Below, piece after piece: positions 18,454-29,104 of a DNA stretch of 55,409 nucleotides. The position numbers and the translations under genes were made by a program. Position 1 is the stretch's first letter, and each line of letters starts with the position of its first letter. The stretch covers positions 1-55,409 of the forward strand of contig JBBSLT010000001.1 in NCBI GenBank assembly GCA_038233555.1, in the 5' to 3' direction. Origin of the DNA: Acidimicrobiales bacterium (GTDB taxonomy: Bacteria > Actinomycetota > Acidimicrobiia > Acidimicrobiales > CADCSY01). Below the pieces are notes generated by a model. It made no database searches. It was not told the origin of the DNA and saw only the letters and a list, made by a program, of their open reading frames with translations.

Positions 18454-19917
18454 CTAGGCGGCGTCGGGGTAGCCGTCGGGGCCGATCTCGTCGAGGGTCG
18501 CCAAGTCCGGGTAGGCGACCAGGACGGCGCCGAGGGTGTCCTGGAAGGGCACGCCGTCGTCGAAGCGGTCGATCCCATTCTGGATTGACGAGAAGGTCAA
18601 TTCGCCACCGTCCCTGGTGGCCACGAAACCCGACAGGGAGGCCACTCCCCGGATCGACCCGGTCTTGGCCCTGAGCTGCCCACTGACCGGCGTATCGACG
18701 AAGCGACGAGTCAGCGTTCCGGTGGCGCCGGCAAGGGCCAACCCTTGTTCGACCACACCACCGTCGACGGTGTCGTCGAGGACTTCGTGCAAGAGGCCGC
18801 ACGTCACCCGGTTGCCGGGGTCGAGCCCCGAGCCGTCGGCCACCACCAGGCCGTCAGCGGGAAGGCCGAGCGACGACAGCGTGGAGGCCACGACGGCCCG
18901 CCCGGCAGAGGTCGAGCCCTCGCCTTCCAGCCGCAGGCCGAGCTCCTTGAGCAGGAGCTCTGCCGTGCCGTTGTCGCTCTCCCGGAGCATGGCGCCCACA
19001 AGGTCGCCGACCGCGGGCGAGTCGATGAAGGCGATGGCCACGGGCGACTCGGGCGAACGCCCGGAGGCGGCCTCGGCGCCCACGACCACGCCGCGTTCGC
19101 GTAACAGGGCAGTGAGGACCCCGGCGGCGCCCGCCGCCGGGTCGGCGAAGGGGACGTCGCGGGGCTCCCATTCGGCGAAGCCGTCGTTGACCGACAACGC
19201 CGACATCGGCCCGATCTGGTTGTCGGACACGTAGCGCTCGGGCCAGCTCGCGACGTAGCGGACCTGGTCGTAGCGACTCTCGTCGCCCACCACGGCGCCG
19301 CGGATCTCCCGCACCCCGGCGGCCACCACGGCGTCGGCCAGCTCCTCGAGAGGCGTGAACAACGCGGGCTGGCGGATGAAGTGGCCAGCCCACGCTGCGG
19401 TTCCGAGAACCGGATCGCCACCCCCCACGAACCACACATCGCCTTCCACGATTCCTTCGGCCGGCGCCCCGGCAGCCACCACCGAGGTGCGAAGCCTTTC
19501 GTCAGGGTCGATGTGAGCGAGCACGGCGGTCGCGGTCAAGAGCTTCATGCCCGACGCCGGAGCGAGGGGCGTTCCGCTGTCTTGGTCGTAGAGGATGCGC
19601 GTGCCCTCGGACACCAAGAGGCACTCCGACCCGGGGGTGGTGGCGGTGAGGGTTTCGAGGGACTGGACCAGTCGGGCCGTACCGATGGGCTGGGCCAACA
19701 GGGCCGGGAGGCGGCGAGGGGTAAGGACCGGTGCCTCTGGTGACATAGCCACGACGGGTTCTGCCGCAGCTTGGCGGGCCTCGGCCGGCGGCACCACCCT
19801 GACGGCGGCTACAGCCGAAGAAAGCGCCACCAGGGCCAAGATCGCCGGCAGGAGGAGACGGCGCACGGAAAGCCAGGATAGGGGCCCGAGGGAAGGTTCC
19901 GGAGGTGGCCGACGCAC
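18454..19917 (-). CDS. dacB: D-alanyl-D-alanine carboxypeptidase/endopeptidase (PBP4, S13 family)
   Basis: Signal/TM N-terminus. SxxK (ASGMKLL), SxN (ESDNGTAE), KTG (AKTGSI). Confidence 0.88.
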   Translation of the reverse strand: MRRPPPEPSLGPLSWLSVRRLLLPAILALVALSSAVAAVRVVPPAEARQAAAEPVVAMSPEAPVLTPRRLPALLAQPIGTARLVQSLETLTATTPGSECLLVSEGTRILYDQDSGTPLAPASGMKLLTATAVLAHIDPDERLRTSVVAAGAPAEGIVEGDVWFVGGGDPVLGTAAWAGHFIRQPALFTPLEELADAVVAAGVREIRGAVVGDESRYDQVRYVASWPERYVSDNQIGPMSALSVNDGFAEWEPRDVPFADPAAGAAGVLTALLRERGVVVGAEAASGRSPESPVAIAFIDSPAVGDLVGAMLRESDNGTAELLLKELGLRLEGEGSTSAGRAVVASTLSSLGLPADGLVVADGSGLDPGNRVTCGLLHEVLDDTVDGGVVEQGLALAGATGTLTRRFVDTPVSGQLRAKTGSIRGVASLSGFVATRDGGELTFSSIQNGIDRFDDGVPFQDTLGAVLVAYPDLATLDEIGPDGYPDAA

Positions 19918-19949
19918 AAGACTGCCCGGCGGCGGGTAGAGGAAGACAG

Positions 19950-21578
19950 GTGTCGGACCAAGACGAGCTCGCCGGGCTGGTCCGCGAGGTGGCCTATCGG
20001 GCCCTCGGGTTCGAGCACTTACGGCCCGGTCAGGAGGAGGCCGTCACCGCCGCCCTGGCCGGTCGAGACGTGCTGGCGGTGTTGCCTACGGGGTCGGGCA
20101 AGTCAGCGATCTACCAGATCGCGGGGACGATGATCAAGGGGGCGACGTTGGTCGTGTCGCCCCTGATCGCCCTCCAGCGTGACCAGGTGGCGTCAATCGG
20201 CGGACGCCTGGGCGGTGCAGCCCTGGTCAATTCCTCGATGACCCAAAGCCAGCGCCGGGAAACCTTCGAAGATCTCGGCGAGGGCGACATCGAGTTCGTC
20301 TTCGTCGCCCCCGAGCAGCTGGCCAACGAGGAGACTCGGGAACGGATCACCGCAGCCGAGCCCTCGCTGGTCGTGGTGGACGAGGCCCACTGCATCAGCA
20401 GCTGGGGCCACGACTTCCGACCCGAGTACCTCCGTCTGAGCGATGTGCTCGAGGCCCTCGGTCGTCCCCAGATACTCGCGCTCACGGCCACGGCAGCGCC
20501 CCCTGTCCGTCGGGAGATCATCGAGCAGCTGGGAATGCGCGACCCCGTGGAGGTGGTCCGTGGCTTCTTCCGTCCCAACATCCACCTCGAGGTCGACACC
20601 TTCACCGAGGTCGAGCTGGCTCAGAACACGCTTCTGGAGAAGGCAGCGTCGCTGGAGGGCACGGGGATCGTGTACGTGGCCACCAGGCGCCAGAGCGAGG
20701 AGCTGGCCGAGATGCTGGCATCGCGCTCCCGAGATGCCGCCGCCTACCACGCCGGTCTCACCGCCACGCGGCGGGACGAGGTCCACGAGCGGTTCCTCGA
20801 GGAGCGACCCTTCGTGGTCGTAGCCACCATCGCCTTCGGCATGGGCATCGATGCCCCCCATGTCCGCTGGGTCCTCCACGCCGACCCGCCGGAGTCGCTG
20901 GACGCCTACTACCAGGAGTTCGGACGGGCGGGACGAGACGGCGCCGCCGCCCGAGCCGTGCTGTTCCACAGCGTCACCGACGCCGGCGGTCGTCGATTCT
21001 TCTCGGGGACGGCGAAGATGCCCGTCGAGGTGCTCGAGCACCTGGCCTCGGCTATCGACTCCGCCCTTGAGCCGCTACCTACATCCGCCCTGGCCGGGTT
21101 GGCCGACATCCCCGCCACCCGGGTCACGATCGCCTTGGACCTGCTGGCGAAGGTCGGAGCGATCACCGTCGACGGCGACGGTGCGGCGGGGTCGATCGAG
21201 GGCGGGCCGCCACCGGCCCAGGCGGCCCGAGCCGCCGCCGATGCCCACGAGCTCTACCGCACCGCCGAGCGGTCGAGGGGCGAGATGATGCATCGCTACC
21301 TCGCCACCAACTCGTGTCGGTGGCGGAGCATCCTCGGGTATTTCGGCCAACCGGCAGAAGAGAACTGCGAGCGATGCGACAACTGTGACGATGGCCTGGC
21401 CGGCGAGAGCGGCGACCAACCCTTCCCGCTCGACACGCGTGTCGCCCACGCGCAGTGGGGCGAAGGCCAGGTGATCGGCTATGAGACCGACGCCATGACC
21501 GTGCTCTTCGACGAGGGCGGCTATCGCACGCTGTCAGTGGAATTGGTCACCTCCGGGGCCCTACTCCGTCCGGCGTGA
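19950..21578 (+). CDS. recQ: RecQ-family ATP-dependent DNA helicase
   Basis: LPTGSGKSAIYQ, VVDEAHCISSWGHDFRPEY, Zn-binding CRWRSILGYFG...CERCDNCD. GTG 19950 avoids overlap with dacB (the ORF begins at 19905). Confidence 0.88.
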   Translation: MSDQDELAGLVREVAYRALGFEHLRPGQEEAVTAALAGRDVLAVLPTGSGKSAIYQIAGTMIKGATLVVSPLIALQRDQVASIGGRLGGAALVNSSMTQSQRRETFEDLGEGDIEFVFVAPEQLANEETRERITAAEPSLVVVDEAHCISSWGHDFRPEYLRLSDVLEALGRPQILALTATAAPPVRREIIEQLGMRDPVEVVRGFFRPNIHLEVDTFTEVELAQNTLLEKAASLEGTGIVYVATRRQSEELAEMLASRSRDAAAYHAGLTATRRDEVHERFLEERPFVVVATIAFGMGIDAPHVRWVLHADPPESLDAYYQEFGRAGRDGAAARAVLFHSVTDAGGRRFFSGTAKMPVEVLEHLASAIDSALEPLPTSALAGLADIPATRVTIALDLLAKVGAITVDGDGAAGSIEGGPPPAQAARAAADAHELYRTAERSRGEMMHRYLATNSCRWRSILGYFGQPAEENCERCDNCDDGLAGESGDQPFPLDTRVAHAQWGEGQVIGYETDAMTVLFDEGGYRTLSVELVTSGALLRPA

Positions 21579-21592
21579 CCGCTGCCTTCTAG

Positions 21593-22204
21593 CTAGGGCT
21601 CGAGGGCGGCCCGGAAGAAGGCTCGGACATGCTCCAGACGTCGAGCCAGTGCGGCTTCGGCCAGGGGATCCTCTCCGAGGAGCCCCTCCAGGAAGGGAGC
21701 GTCGCTGAAGTAGCTCAACAGCGAGCCGTAGCCGGTCAGAAGAAGCTGCTCGGGATCGTGACGGCGGAAGCGGCCGGCGGCCATCTCCTGTTCGAAGAAG
21801 GCCACGGCGCGCTGGAGGTGCGGACGCAGGGCGGCTCCGAGGTCGATGCCCAAGCGGTTGCCGCCTTCGATGGCTTCGCGGCGGACGAGGCGGACGAAGT
21901 CCGGGTTCTCCTGGAAGAAGCTGAACCCGGCTTCGATGACGTGGTCGACGAGCTTCCAACCTTCGCGAGGGCTGTCGACGGCCTCCTCCACCCGCACCGC
22001 CCAGTCGCCGAGCTGGCGGGTGAATACCTCCTGGTACAGCGCCTCCTTGGAGACAAAGTGGTGGAGCAAGCTCGGACGGCGGATCCCGACGGCATCGGCG
22101 ATCTGGCTCAGGGCGGTGCCGTCGTAGCCGTGCTCGGCGAACGCCCGAGTGGCGGCGGTGAGGATGGAGTCACGCGTCGTCGGAGCCGTCTCGGCCGTCA
22201 CCAT
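21593..22204 (-). CDS. TetR-family transcriptional regulator
   Basis: [40 protein letters not shown]. Confidence 0.9.
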   Translation of the reverse strand: MVTAETAPTTRDSILTAATRAFAEHGYDGTALSQIADAVGIRRPSLLHHFVSKEALYQEVFTRQLGDWAVRVEEAVDSPREGWKLVDHVIEAGFSFFQENPDFVRLVRREAIEGGNRLGIDLGAALRPHLQRAVAFFEQEMAAGRFRRHDPEQLLLTGYGSLLSYFSDAPFLEGLLGEDPLAEAALARRLEHVRAFFRAALEP

Positions 22205-22283
22205 CGCCGCTCAGGATACCCATCGGTGGAGGCGGCCAGGATGACCACGCGGCGCGGGGACCGTCGATAGGGTCGCCGGGGAT

Positions 22284-23432
22284 ATGCCCTTTGCCGCCGC
22301 CTTGTCCCAGCACCCGCTCGCCACCCAGGCCGTCGGCGAGGTCACCGGTGCGGTCCTCGACCGGATCGGGGAGGCGCCCGACCTCGCCATCCTGTTCGTC
22401 AGCGCCTCCCACGCCGGGGCCCTGGAGGACATCGCCGGGGCGGTGCGTTCGCTCCTGGCACCCGACGTGCTCATCGGCTGCACGGCCGGCTCGGTGGTGG
22501 GCGGCGAGCACGAGGTGGAGGGCGGATCCGCCATCTCGCTGTGGGCGGCCCGGGTCGCCAGCGTCACTCCCCTGCGCCTCACCACCGAGGAGCGCGATGG
22601 TCAAGCCGTGATCGCCGGCGTCCCCTCACCCGAGCTGCTGGCTGACGACCGTCGGGTCGTGCTCGTGTTGGCTGACCCCTACAGCTTCCCGGCCGACTCC
22701 TTCCTCACCGGGCTGCGCGAGCAGGTGGGCCTCACCCTGCCGGTGGTCGGCGGTCTGGCCTCGGCTGCCCAAGGGCCGGGCGGCAACCGCTTGGTGCTGG
22801 GCTCCGAGGTCTTCTCCGACGGAGGGGTGGCAGTGGTGGTCGGTGGGGTCGACGTCACCACCGTGGTCTCCCAAGGCTGTCGACCCATCGGCGACCCCAT
22901 GACCATCACCCGGGGCGAGCGTCACCTCATCCACGAGCTGGCCGGTCGCCCCGCCCTCGACCGGGTCCAGGAGCTGGTGGCGTCGCTGGGCCCGGGCGAG
23001 TTGGCCCTGGCCCAAAAGGGCCTGCACCTGGGCCGGGTAATCGACGAGCACAAGCTCGACTACGCCAGGGGTGACTTCCTGATCCGTAGCGTGCTCGGCG
23101 CCGACCGCACCACCTTGGCCGTGGCCGTGGGCGACCAGATCGACGTGGGCGACACCGTGCAGTTCCAGGTCCGAGACGCCGACTCCGCTGACGAGGACCT
23201 CCGCGAGCTGATGGCGTCGGGCTGGGGCGAGGGCGCCTTGTTGTTCACCTGCAACGGTCGGGGCACGGAACTCTTCGGCGAGGCCGACCACGACGCCGGC
23301 ATCGTCAGCGACGCCCTGGAGGGTGCCCCCCTGGCCGGCATGTCCTGCGCCGGCGAAATCGGTCCGGTGGGCGGCACCAGCTTCCTGCACGGCTTCACCG
23401 CTTCGGTCGCTCTCTTCTCCGACCCTCGCTGA
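22284..23432 (+). CDS. FIST-domain (N+C) signal-transduction protein
   Basis: 382 aa. Overall layout and N-terminus (DLAILFVSASHAG...) match FIST proteins as I remember them. Divergent from the TetR gene. Confidence 0.65.
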   Translation: MPFAAALSQHPLATQAVGEVTGAVLDRIGEAPDLAILFVSASHAGALEDIAGAVRSLLAPDVLIGCTAGSVVGGEHEVEGGSAISLWAARVASVTPLRLTTEERDGQAVIAGVPSPELLADDRRVVLVLADPYSFPADSFLTGLREQVGLTLPVVGGLASAAQGPGGNRLVLGSEVFSDGGVAVVVGGVDVTTVVSQGCRPIGDPMTITRGERHLIHELAGRPALDRVQELVASLGPGELALAQKGLHLGRVIDEHKLDYARGDFLIRSVLGADRTTLAVAVGDQIDVGDTVQFQVRDADSADEDLRELMASGWGEGALLFTCNGRGTELFGEADHDAGIVSDALEGAPLAGMSCAGEIGPVGGTSFLHGFTASVALFSDPR

Positions 23433-23512
23433 CCGCTCCTCCCCGGCTGGGCACCGGGAGCAGAGGGCCGGATAGGGTAAAGGTCGACCGGAAACCGCAA
23501 GGCAACGGAGGG

Positions 23513-25357
23513 GTGGGCATGAACGAAGTGCAGCAGTGGGAAGAGCTCGGCCAGCAGCTTCGGGTCGATTCGGTGCGAGCCGCGGCAGGGCCGAAGTCGG
23601 GTCACCCCACGTCCTCGATGTCGGCCGCCGACCTCATGGCCGTGCTGATCAGCAAGTACCTTCACTACGACTTCGCCGAGCCGGAGAACCCCAACAACGA
23701 TCACCTGATCTTCTCCAAGGGCCACGCCTCGCCCCTGCTCTACAGCATCTACAAGGCGGTAGGTGCCGCCTCTGATGACGACCTGCTCAGCTTTCGGGTC
23801 CACGGCAGCCGCTTCGAGGGCCACCCCACGCCCATCCTGCCCTGGGTCGACGTGGCCACCGGGTCGCTCGGCCAAGGCCTGCCCATCGGAGTAGGCGTGG
23901 CGCTGGCGGGAAAGAAGCTCGATCGCCTTCCCTACCGGGTGTGGGTGCTCTGCGGGGACAGCGAGATGGCCGAAGGCTCCATGTGGGAGGCGTTCGAGCA
24001 CGCCGCCCATGCCGGGCTGTCCAACCTCACCGCCATCATCGACGTGAACCGCCTTGGACAGCGAGGCGAGACCATGCACGGCTGGGACCTCGACAGCTAC
24101 GCCGAGCGGGCCCGGGCCTTCGGTTGGCACGCCATCACCGTCGACGGTCACGACGTGACCGCCATCGACGCCGCCTACGCCGAGGCGGTGGCCACCACCG
24201 ACAAGCCCACGGTCATCGTGGCCCAGACCAAGAAGGGCAAGGGCGTGGCCGCCGTGGAGGACAAAGACGATGCCCACGGCAAGCCCCTGGCCGACCGCGA
24301 CGAGGCCATCGCCGAGCTGGGGGGCGAACGCGAGCTCCAGGTGGAGGTGGCCAAGCCCGAAGGCAGCGATGCGCCGCACACCTTCGAGACGGGGAAGCTG
24401 GAGCTGCCCCGCTACGAGCTGGGTGCCTCGGTGGCCACCCGCAAGGCCTACGGCGAGGCGTTGGCGGCCCTCGGCTCGGCTCGGGGTGACGTCGTCGCCC
24501 TCGACGGCGAGGTCAGCAACTCCACCTTCGCCGAGATCTTCAAGGATGCTCATCCCGAGCGGTTCTTCGAGATGTACATCGCCGAGCAACAGTTGGTGGC
24601 CGCAGCCGTGGGACTGTCGGTCCGGGGCTACACCCCCTTCGCCTCCAGCTTTGCCGCCTTCTTCACCCGGGCCTACGACTTCGTGCGCATGGCGGCGGTG
24701 AGCCGGTCCGACATCTGCCTGGTGGGCTCCCATGTCGGGGTGTCCATCGGCGAGGACGGGCCGTCGCAGATGGGCCTGGAGGACATCGCCTCGTTCCGGG
24801 CCGTCTTCGGCAGCACCATCCTCTACCCCTGCGACGCCAACCAGACGGCCGCCCTGGTGGCCCTGATGGCCGACGTCAAAGGCTTCCGGTACCTGCGCAC
24901 CACCCGGGGCAACACCCCGGTGATCTACGGCCCTGACGAGAGCTTCGAGGTAGGCGGGAGCAAGGTGGTGCGGGAGGCCGATGGCGCCCAAGCCGTGATT
25001 GTGTCGGCCGGCATCACCTTGCACGAGGCGCTCAAGGCGGCCGAGACCCTGGCCGGCGAGGGGATCGAGGTGCAGGTCGTCGATGCCTATTCGGTCAAGC
25101 CCATCGACGCCGATGGGCTGCGAGCTGCCGCCCGTTCCGCCGGCAATCGGGTGCTCACGGTGGAGGACCACTGGCCCGAAGGTGGCCTCGGCGATGCCGT
25201 CATGGAGGTGTTCGCCGACTCCGACGAACACACCCGAGTGGTCAAGCTGGCCGTGCGGGAGATGCCCGGATCGGGCAAGCCCGACGAGCTGGTGGCTGCT
25301 GCGGGCCTCGACGCCGAGCACATCGCCGCCGCTGCCCGCAAGCTCGCCAGCTCCTAG
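23513..25357 (+). CDS. tkt: Transketolase (short, single-polypeptide form)
   Basis: SGHPTSSMSAADLMAVL, ThDP motif GDSEMAEGSMWEA. 614 aa. Confidence 0.92.
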   Translation: MGMNEVQQWEELGQQLRVDSVRAAAGPKSGHPTSSMSAADLMAVLISKYLHYDFAEPENPNNDHLIFSKGHASPLLYSIYKAVGAASDDDLLSFRVHGSRFEGHPTPILPWVDVATGSLGQGLPIGVGVALAGKKLDRLPYRVWVLCGDSEMAEGSMWEAFEHAAHAGLSNLTAIIDVNRLGQRGETMHGWDLDSYAERARAFGWHAITVDGHDVTAIDAAYAEAVATTDKPTVIVAQTKKGKGVAAVEDKDDAHGKPLADRDEAIAELGGERELQVEVAKPEGSDAPHTFETGKLELPRYELGASVATRKAYGEALAALGSARGDVVALDGEVSNSTFAEIFKDAHPERFFEMYIAEQQLVAAAVGLSVRGYTPFASSFAAFFTRAYDFVRMAAVSRSDICLVGSHVGVSIGEDGPSQMGLEDIASFRAVFGSTILYPCDANQTAALVALMADVKGFRYLRTTRGNTPVIYGPDESFEVGGSKVVREADGAQAVIVSAGITLHEALKAAETLAGEGIEVQVVDAYSVKPIDADGLRAAARSAGNRVLTVEDHWPEGGLGDAVMEVFADSDEHTRVVKLAVREMPGSGKPDELVAAAGLDAEHIAAAARKLASS

Positions 25358-25370
25358 ACCAGCTCCTAGA
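25347..25370 (+). repeat. 12-bp tandem duplication (ccagctcctaga x2) spanning the tkt stop codon
   Basis: Read directly: ...gccagctcctagaccagctcctagaagg. The first TAG is the tkt stop. Confidence 0.8.
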
Positions 25371-25441
25371 AGGGTGCGGCGTTAGGCGTACCCGTGCCTG
25401 AGAGTGCCTAGGACGAGGCCTTTCGGGATAGGAGAAAGGTC

Positions 25442-26557
25442 ATGACCAAGCTCACCGACCTGTACCGACAGCACGGCCAGAGTCCCTGGCTCGACGACCT
25501 ACGGCGGGACTGGCTGGCCGACGGCACGTTGCAGCACTGGATCGACCGGGGGGTGCGGGGGGTCACCTCCAACCCCTCGATCTTTCAGAAGGCCATGGCC
25601 GCCGGCAGCGCCTACGACGACCAGTTCACCCAGCTTTCCAAGGACGGTTGCTCGGCGGTGCGGGCCTATTGGGCCATGGCCGCCAGCGACGTGGCCGACG
25701 CGCTCGACATGTTCACTCCCTTGTTCCACGAGAGCGGGGGGACCGACGGCTACGTGAGCCTGGAGTTGGCCCCCGACCTGGCCCATGACACTGAGGGTTC
25801 GGTGGAGGCGGCCCGGCGCTTCCACACCGACCTCTCCCGCCCCAACCTCCTGGTCAAGATCCCCGCTACGGCGAAAGGGATCCCCGCCATCCAGCGCATG
25901 ATCGCCCAAGGTGCGAGCATCAACATCACCCTCATCTTCAGCCTGGAGCGCTACGGGGAGGTCATGGAGGCCTACCTGTCCGGCCTCGAGGAGCTGGAGG
26001 CCGGCGACCACGGCGCGGCGTCGCTGCCGCGGGTACACAGCGTGGCGTCGTTCTTCATCAGCCGGGTCGACGTCGAGGTCGACCGGCGTCTGGAAGCCAT
26101 CGCCACACCCGAGGCGCTCGAGCTGCGGGGCCGGGCCGCCCTGGCCCAGGCCAAGCTGGCCTACCGAGCCTTCCGCCAGACCTTCTCCGGGCCCCGGTGG
26201 GAGGCGCTGGCGGCCAAGGGGGCGCAGGTCCAGCGGCCGCTGTGGGCGTCCACCTCCACCAAGAACCCCGACTACCCCGACACCCTCTACGTCGATGAGC
26301 TCATCGGTCCGGACACCGTCAACACCTTGCCGGTGGCCACCCTGGAGGCGTTCGACGACCACGGCACGTTGGCGGCCACCGCCGAGGAGGGCGCCGACGA
26401 GGCCGAAAGGCTGTTCGAGCGCCTGGCCGCGCTCGGGATCGACCTCGACGACGTCAGCCGGGTGCTGGAGGAGGAAGGGGTGGCTGCCTTCGCCAAGTCC
26501 TTCGACCAGGGCATCGACGCCCTCTCGGCCAAGGCGGCTGAGCTGTCGCAGCGGTGA
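25442..26557 (+). CDS. tal: Transaldolase (actinobacterial long type)
   Basis: GVTSNPSIFQKA and active-site Lys context LLVKIPAT. Confidence 0.92.
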   Translation: MTKLTDLYRQHGQSPWLDDLRRDWLADGTLQHWIDRGVRGVTSNPSIFQKAMAAGSAYDDQFTQLSKDGCSAVRAYWAMAASDVADALDMFTPLFHESGGTDGYVSLELAPDLAHDTEGSVEAARRFHTDLSRPNLLVKIPATAKGIPAIQRMIAQGASINITLIFSLERYGEVMEAYLSGLEELEAGDHGAASLPRVHSVASFFISRVDVEVDRRLEAIATPEALELRGRAALAQAKLAYRAFRQTFSGPRWEALAAKGAQVQRPLWASTSTKNPDYPDTLYVDELIGPDTVNTLPVATLEAFDDHGTLAATAEEGADEAERLFERLAALGIDLDDVSRVLEEEGVAAFAKSFDQGIDALSAKAAELSQR

Positions 26558-28086
26558 GCGATTCCCAAACCCTGGCCGAGGGGCTGGGAATCGAGCGGGC
26601 TGCCGCTCCCGCCGTCATCGTCATCTTCGGCGCCAGCGGCGACCTCACCCGGCGCAAGCTCATGCCCGCCCTCCAGAACCTGATGGTCCGCGACCAACTG
26701 GCGGCCGGTACGTCGATCGTGGGCGTGGGTCGCAGCGACCTCGGGGACGAGGGCTTCCGCCAGAGGATGGCCGATGCGGTGCAGGCCGCGGCCGGCGACG
26801 GAGAGGTCGACCAACGGGCGTGGACCGAGCTGGAGGCGGGGCTGCACTACGTCAGCGGCGGCTACGACGACGTCGCCACCTACAAGCGGCTGGCTGAGCT
26901 GATCGAGGACCTCGACCGCGACCGGGGAACGAGCGGTAACCGTCTGTACTACCTGTCGACCCCTCCGGGAGTGTTCGCCGACGTGGTGGGCCAACTCGGC
27001 AGCGTAGGCCTGCACCGCCCAGCGACAGGTGGCGAGTTCGCCCGGGTCGTCATCGAAAAGCCCTTCGGTCGCGACCTCGACAGCGCCCGGGCTCTCGACC
27101 ACCGCCTCCACGAGGTGCTCGACGAGGACCAGCTGTACCGCATCGACCACTACCTGGGGAAGGAAACGGTGCAGAACGTCCTCGCCCTGCGCTTTGCCAA
27201 CTCCATCTTCGAGCCGGTGTGGAACCGTCGCTACGTCGAGTCGGTCCAGATCACCGTGGCTGAATCCGAAGGAGTCGGCCACCGGGCCGGCTTCTACGAA
27301 GACGCCGGGGCGCTACGCGACATCATGCAGAACCACCTCCTCCAGGTCCTGGCCCTCACCGCCATGGAGCCGCCGGCGACCATGTCCCCCAAGGGCATTC
27401 GCGACGAGAAGGTCAAGGCCCTCGGCGCCGTCGACCTCCTCGATCGCACCGAGGTGGCGGCCGAGGTGGTCCGGGGCCAGTACCGGACGGGCTGGGTCGG
27501 TGGCACCCAGGTGCCCGGATACCACGAGGAGGAGGGCGTGGCCGCCGACAGCCGGACCGAGACCTACCTGGCCATGCGTCTGCACATCGACAACTGGCGC
27601 TGGGCCGGGGTCCCGTTCTATCTACGCACCGGCAAGTGCCTGCCACGACGGGTCACCGAGGTGGCCCTGCAGTTCTCCGGGGTGCCCCACCTTCCCTTCG
27701 CCTCCACCCAGGTGACCGAGCTCGGCCCCAACGCCCTCGTGCTGCGCATCCAGCCCGACGAGGGCATCACGCTGCGCTTCGGGGCCAAGGTTCCCGGCCA
27801 GGCCTTCGACGTGCGCAGCGTCTCTATGGACTTCTCCTATGGCGCCGCCTTCGCCGAGGAGCCACCGGAGGCTTACGAGCGGTTGCTGCTCGACGCCCTC
27901 CTCGGCGACCCGACCCTGTTCATCCGCTCCGATGAGGTCGAACAGGCCTGGCGCATCGTCCAGCCCTTGCTCGACGCCTGGGCACAAGACGGTGCTCCGC
28001 CTGCCGGCTACGACGCCGGCACCTGGGGACCGGTCGAAGCTGACCAGTTGCTCGAAGCCGGTGGTCACCACTGGCGCCGGCCCTAG
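26554..28086 (+). CDS. zwf: Glucose-6-phosphate 1-dehydrogenase
   Basis: IFGASGDLTRRKL, RIDHYLGKE. GTGA overlap with tal. Confidence 0.94.
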   Translation: MSDSQTLAEGLGIERAAAPAVIVIFGASGDLTRRKLMPALQNLMVRDQLAAGTSIVGVGRSDLGDEGFRQRMADAVQAAAGDGEVDQRAWTELEAGLHYVSGGYDDVATYKRLAELIEDLDRDRGTSGNRLYYLSTPPGVFADVVGQLGSVGLHRPATGGEFARVVIEKPFGRDLDSARALDHRLHEVLDEDQLYRIDHYLGKETVQNVLALRFANSIFEPVWNRRYVESVQITVAESEGVGHRAGFYEDAGALRDIMQNHLLQVLALTAMEPPATMSPKGIRDEKVKALGAVDLLDRTEVAAEVVRGQYRTGWVGGTQVPGYHEEEGVAADSRTETYLAMRLHIDNWRWAGVPFYLRTGKCLPRRVTEVALQFSGVPHLPFASTQVTELGPNALVLRIQPDEGITLRFGAKVPGQAFDVRSVSMDFSYGAAFAEEPPEAYERLLLDALLGDPTLFIRSDEVEQAWRIVQPLLDAWAQDGAPPAGYDAGTWGPVEADQLLEAGGHHWRRP

Positions 28087-28088
28087 CC

Positions 28089-29039
28089 GTGGCCGCCGTC
28101 GCCCAGGTGACCACGCTGGGGACCTGGCGCCAGCAAGACACGACCATGGGCCCCGTGCTGGCCGCCCTCGACCGGTTACGCCAGTGCGACCCCCGGGGTG
28201 CGGTACGAACCTCGCTGCTGACCCTGCTGGCCGTGGGCGGCGAAAGCGTGGAGGTTGACGAGGTCTTCGACACCGTGCACCGCCTCGGCATGGTCCAGCC
28301 CACCCGGGTGGTGGTGGTGCGGGTACTGGGAGGCCACCACCATCGCCTGGATGCACGGGTGGGGGTCCACTTGCAGTCCCGGGGAGGTCGCGACATGGGT
28401 ATCGACGACGTCGCCTTGGAGGTGGCCGGGCCGGTGACCTCGCACCTGGACTCCCTGGTGGAGCCCCTCACCCTGCCCGATCTCCCGGTGGTGGTGTGGT
28501 GCCGGGAGCGACTTCCGCCCGCTCGCAGCCGCCTCATCGGCCTGGCCGACCACCTGGTGGTCGACACCGTGGCCGCCGGGGGCCGGTCCCGCCTCCCGGC
28601 CGTGGCCCGGCTCCACCAGCGCACGCCGGTCGTCGACCTCGCCTGGCTTCGCCTGGGTCCGCTGCGCCGACGCCTAGCCTCATGCGTGCGCCAACCGGAG
28701 GTGGCCGGCCTGCTCGATCAGGTGACGTCGGCCACCGCCGCCGGGCCCGAGGTGGAGCGGGTGCTGCTAGCCGGGTGGCTGGGCGACCGCCTCTCGGCCG
28801 CGACGGTTACCGAGAATGAGGACGACGCTCCGCTGGCGGTCTTCTTGGCCGGCGAGGGCTTCCGCCTGGCGGTCGAGAGCGGGCCCGGTGCCGTCTCCAT
28901 AACCTTGGATCGTTCCGGTCAGGAGGAGTGGCGCTCCGAGACGGCCTCGTCACCGCCCACCACCGAAGGACTGCTGGCGGAAGCACTGTTGCACCTGAAG
29001 CCCGACCCGGTCTTCACCCGGGCCTTGGCCCGAACCTGA
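28089..29039 (+). CDS. opcA: Glucose-6-phosphate dehydrogenase assembly protein OpcA
   Basis: Position immediately after zwf. Size 316 aa. Called mainly from position after zwf, size, and an N-terminus that looks OpcA-like from memory. Confidence 0.8.
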   Translation: MAAVAQVTTLGTWRQQDTTMGPVLAALDRLRQCDPRGAVRTSLLTLLAVGGESVEVDEVFDTVHRLGMVQPTRVVVVRVLGGHHHRLDARVGVHLQSRGGRDMGIDDVALEVAGPVTSHLDSLVEPLTLPDLPVVVWCRERLPPARSRLIGLADHLVVDTVAAGGRSRLPAVARLHQRTPVVDLAWLRLGPLRRRLASCVRQPEVAGLLDQVTSATAAGPEVERVLLAGWLGDRLSAATVTENEDDAPLAVFLAGEGFRLAVESGPGAVSITLDRSGQEEWRSETASSPPTTEGLLAEALLHLKPDPVFTRALART

Positions 29040-29104
29040 GTGCTTGGGTCCTGGTTCTCGGCGGAGGTCGAAGCACCGGGTCCCGTAGGGTCGTGGAGGT
29101 GAGC

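Noticed and set aside
19918-19949. Search for a LexA SOS box (TCGAAC-N4-GTTCGA) upstream of recQ and elsewhere
   Set aside because: Several isolated TCGAAC half-sites exist, all inside coding regions, but none has the palindromic partner.
22205-22283. Possible TetR operator in the TetR/FIST divergent spacer (gacc-N8-ggtc around 22262)
   Set aside because: It has only 4-bp arms, which is too weak to call without binding data or conservation.
23060-25321. 753-aa ORF on the minus strand, the longest in the track
   Set aside because: It is exactly antisense to transketolase, which has clear motifs. Its product is a Gly/His/Arg/Asp/Pro-rich shadow typical of the antisense frame in high-GC genes.
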